Sequence record: KJ019086.1
Direction: 5' to 3' (one strand)
DNA length: 64,000 nucleotides
Part shown: one piece after another, positions 63,961-64,000 of the stretch
How the letters are laid out: each line of letters opens with the position of its first letter
How positions within the stretch are numbered: the first letter of the stretch is position 1
The notes under the pieces: model-generated
What the model was told of the DNA's origin: nothing
What the model saw: the letters and a program-made list of their open reading frames with translations, nothing else
Databases searched by the model: none
Program-made: the position numbers and the translations under genes

Positions 63961-64000
63961 AAACAAGTTCAGCCGTTATCCAACGAATCCAAACAATCCT

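Noticed and set aside
1-64000. tRNA or rRNA genes
   Set aside because: No cloverleaf or T-loop (GTTCGA) context found by eye in intergenic regions; tRNAscan-SE would be decisive.

Overview
64 kb of a T4-like cyanomyovirus (Kyanoviridae-type, probably Synechococcus-infecting), with every supported gene on the + strand. (1) 1-6.3 kb: glycan-modification cluster (GT11, SAM methyltransferase, GT6, two sulfotransferases, GT8-like, Caps_synth/GT32-like, NAD epimerase, GT25). (2) 6.4-16.4 kb: photosynthesis/carbon auxiliary metabolic genes (2x hli, petF, PhotoRC-II RNA + psbA, psbD, talC), interrupted by a late-promoter fibre gene pair and a type IV pilin-like gene pair. (3) 16.4-20.5 kb: small hypotheticals, a low-complexity late protein and an HNH nuclease. 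(4) 20.6-52.1 kb: four giant structural genes (3967 aa; 1868 aa; about 2518 aa broken by a 95-bp tandem duplication; 1956 aa). (5) 52.3-58.1 kb: three small fibre/collar paralogues sharing an N-terminal module, glutaredoxin, a DUF285/BspA repeat protein and a second glycosylation group. (6) 58.1-64 kb: cyanomyovirus core genes (tandem glutamine riboswitch + DUF4278, thyX, phoH, exonuclease, gp33, gp59, an inserted GIY-YIG-like endonuclease, DUF1825). The most striking observation is the 3967-aa protein. Its 31 beta-domains are not in tandem but are nested inside one another like balanced parentheses, predicting a branched, tree-shaped polypeptide. All family assignments come from motif recognition by eye; no database searches were run.
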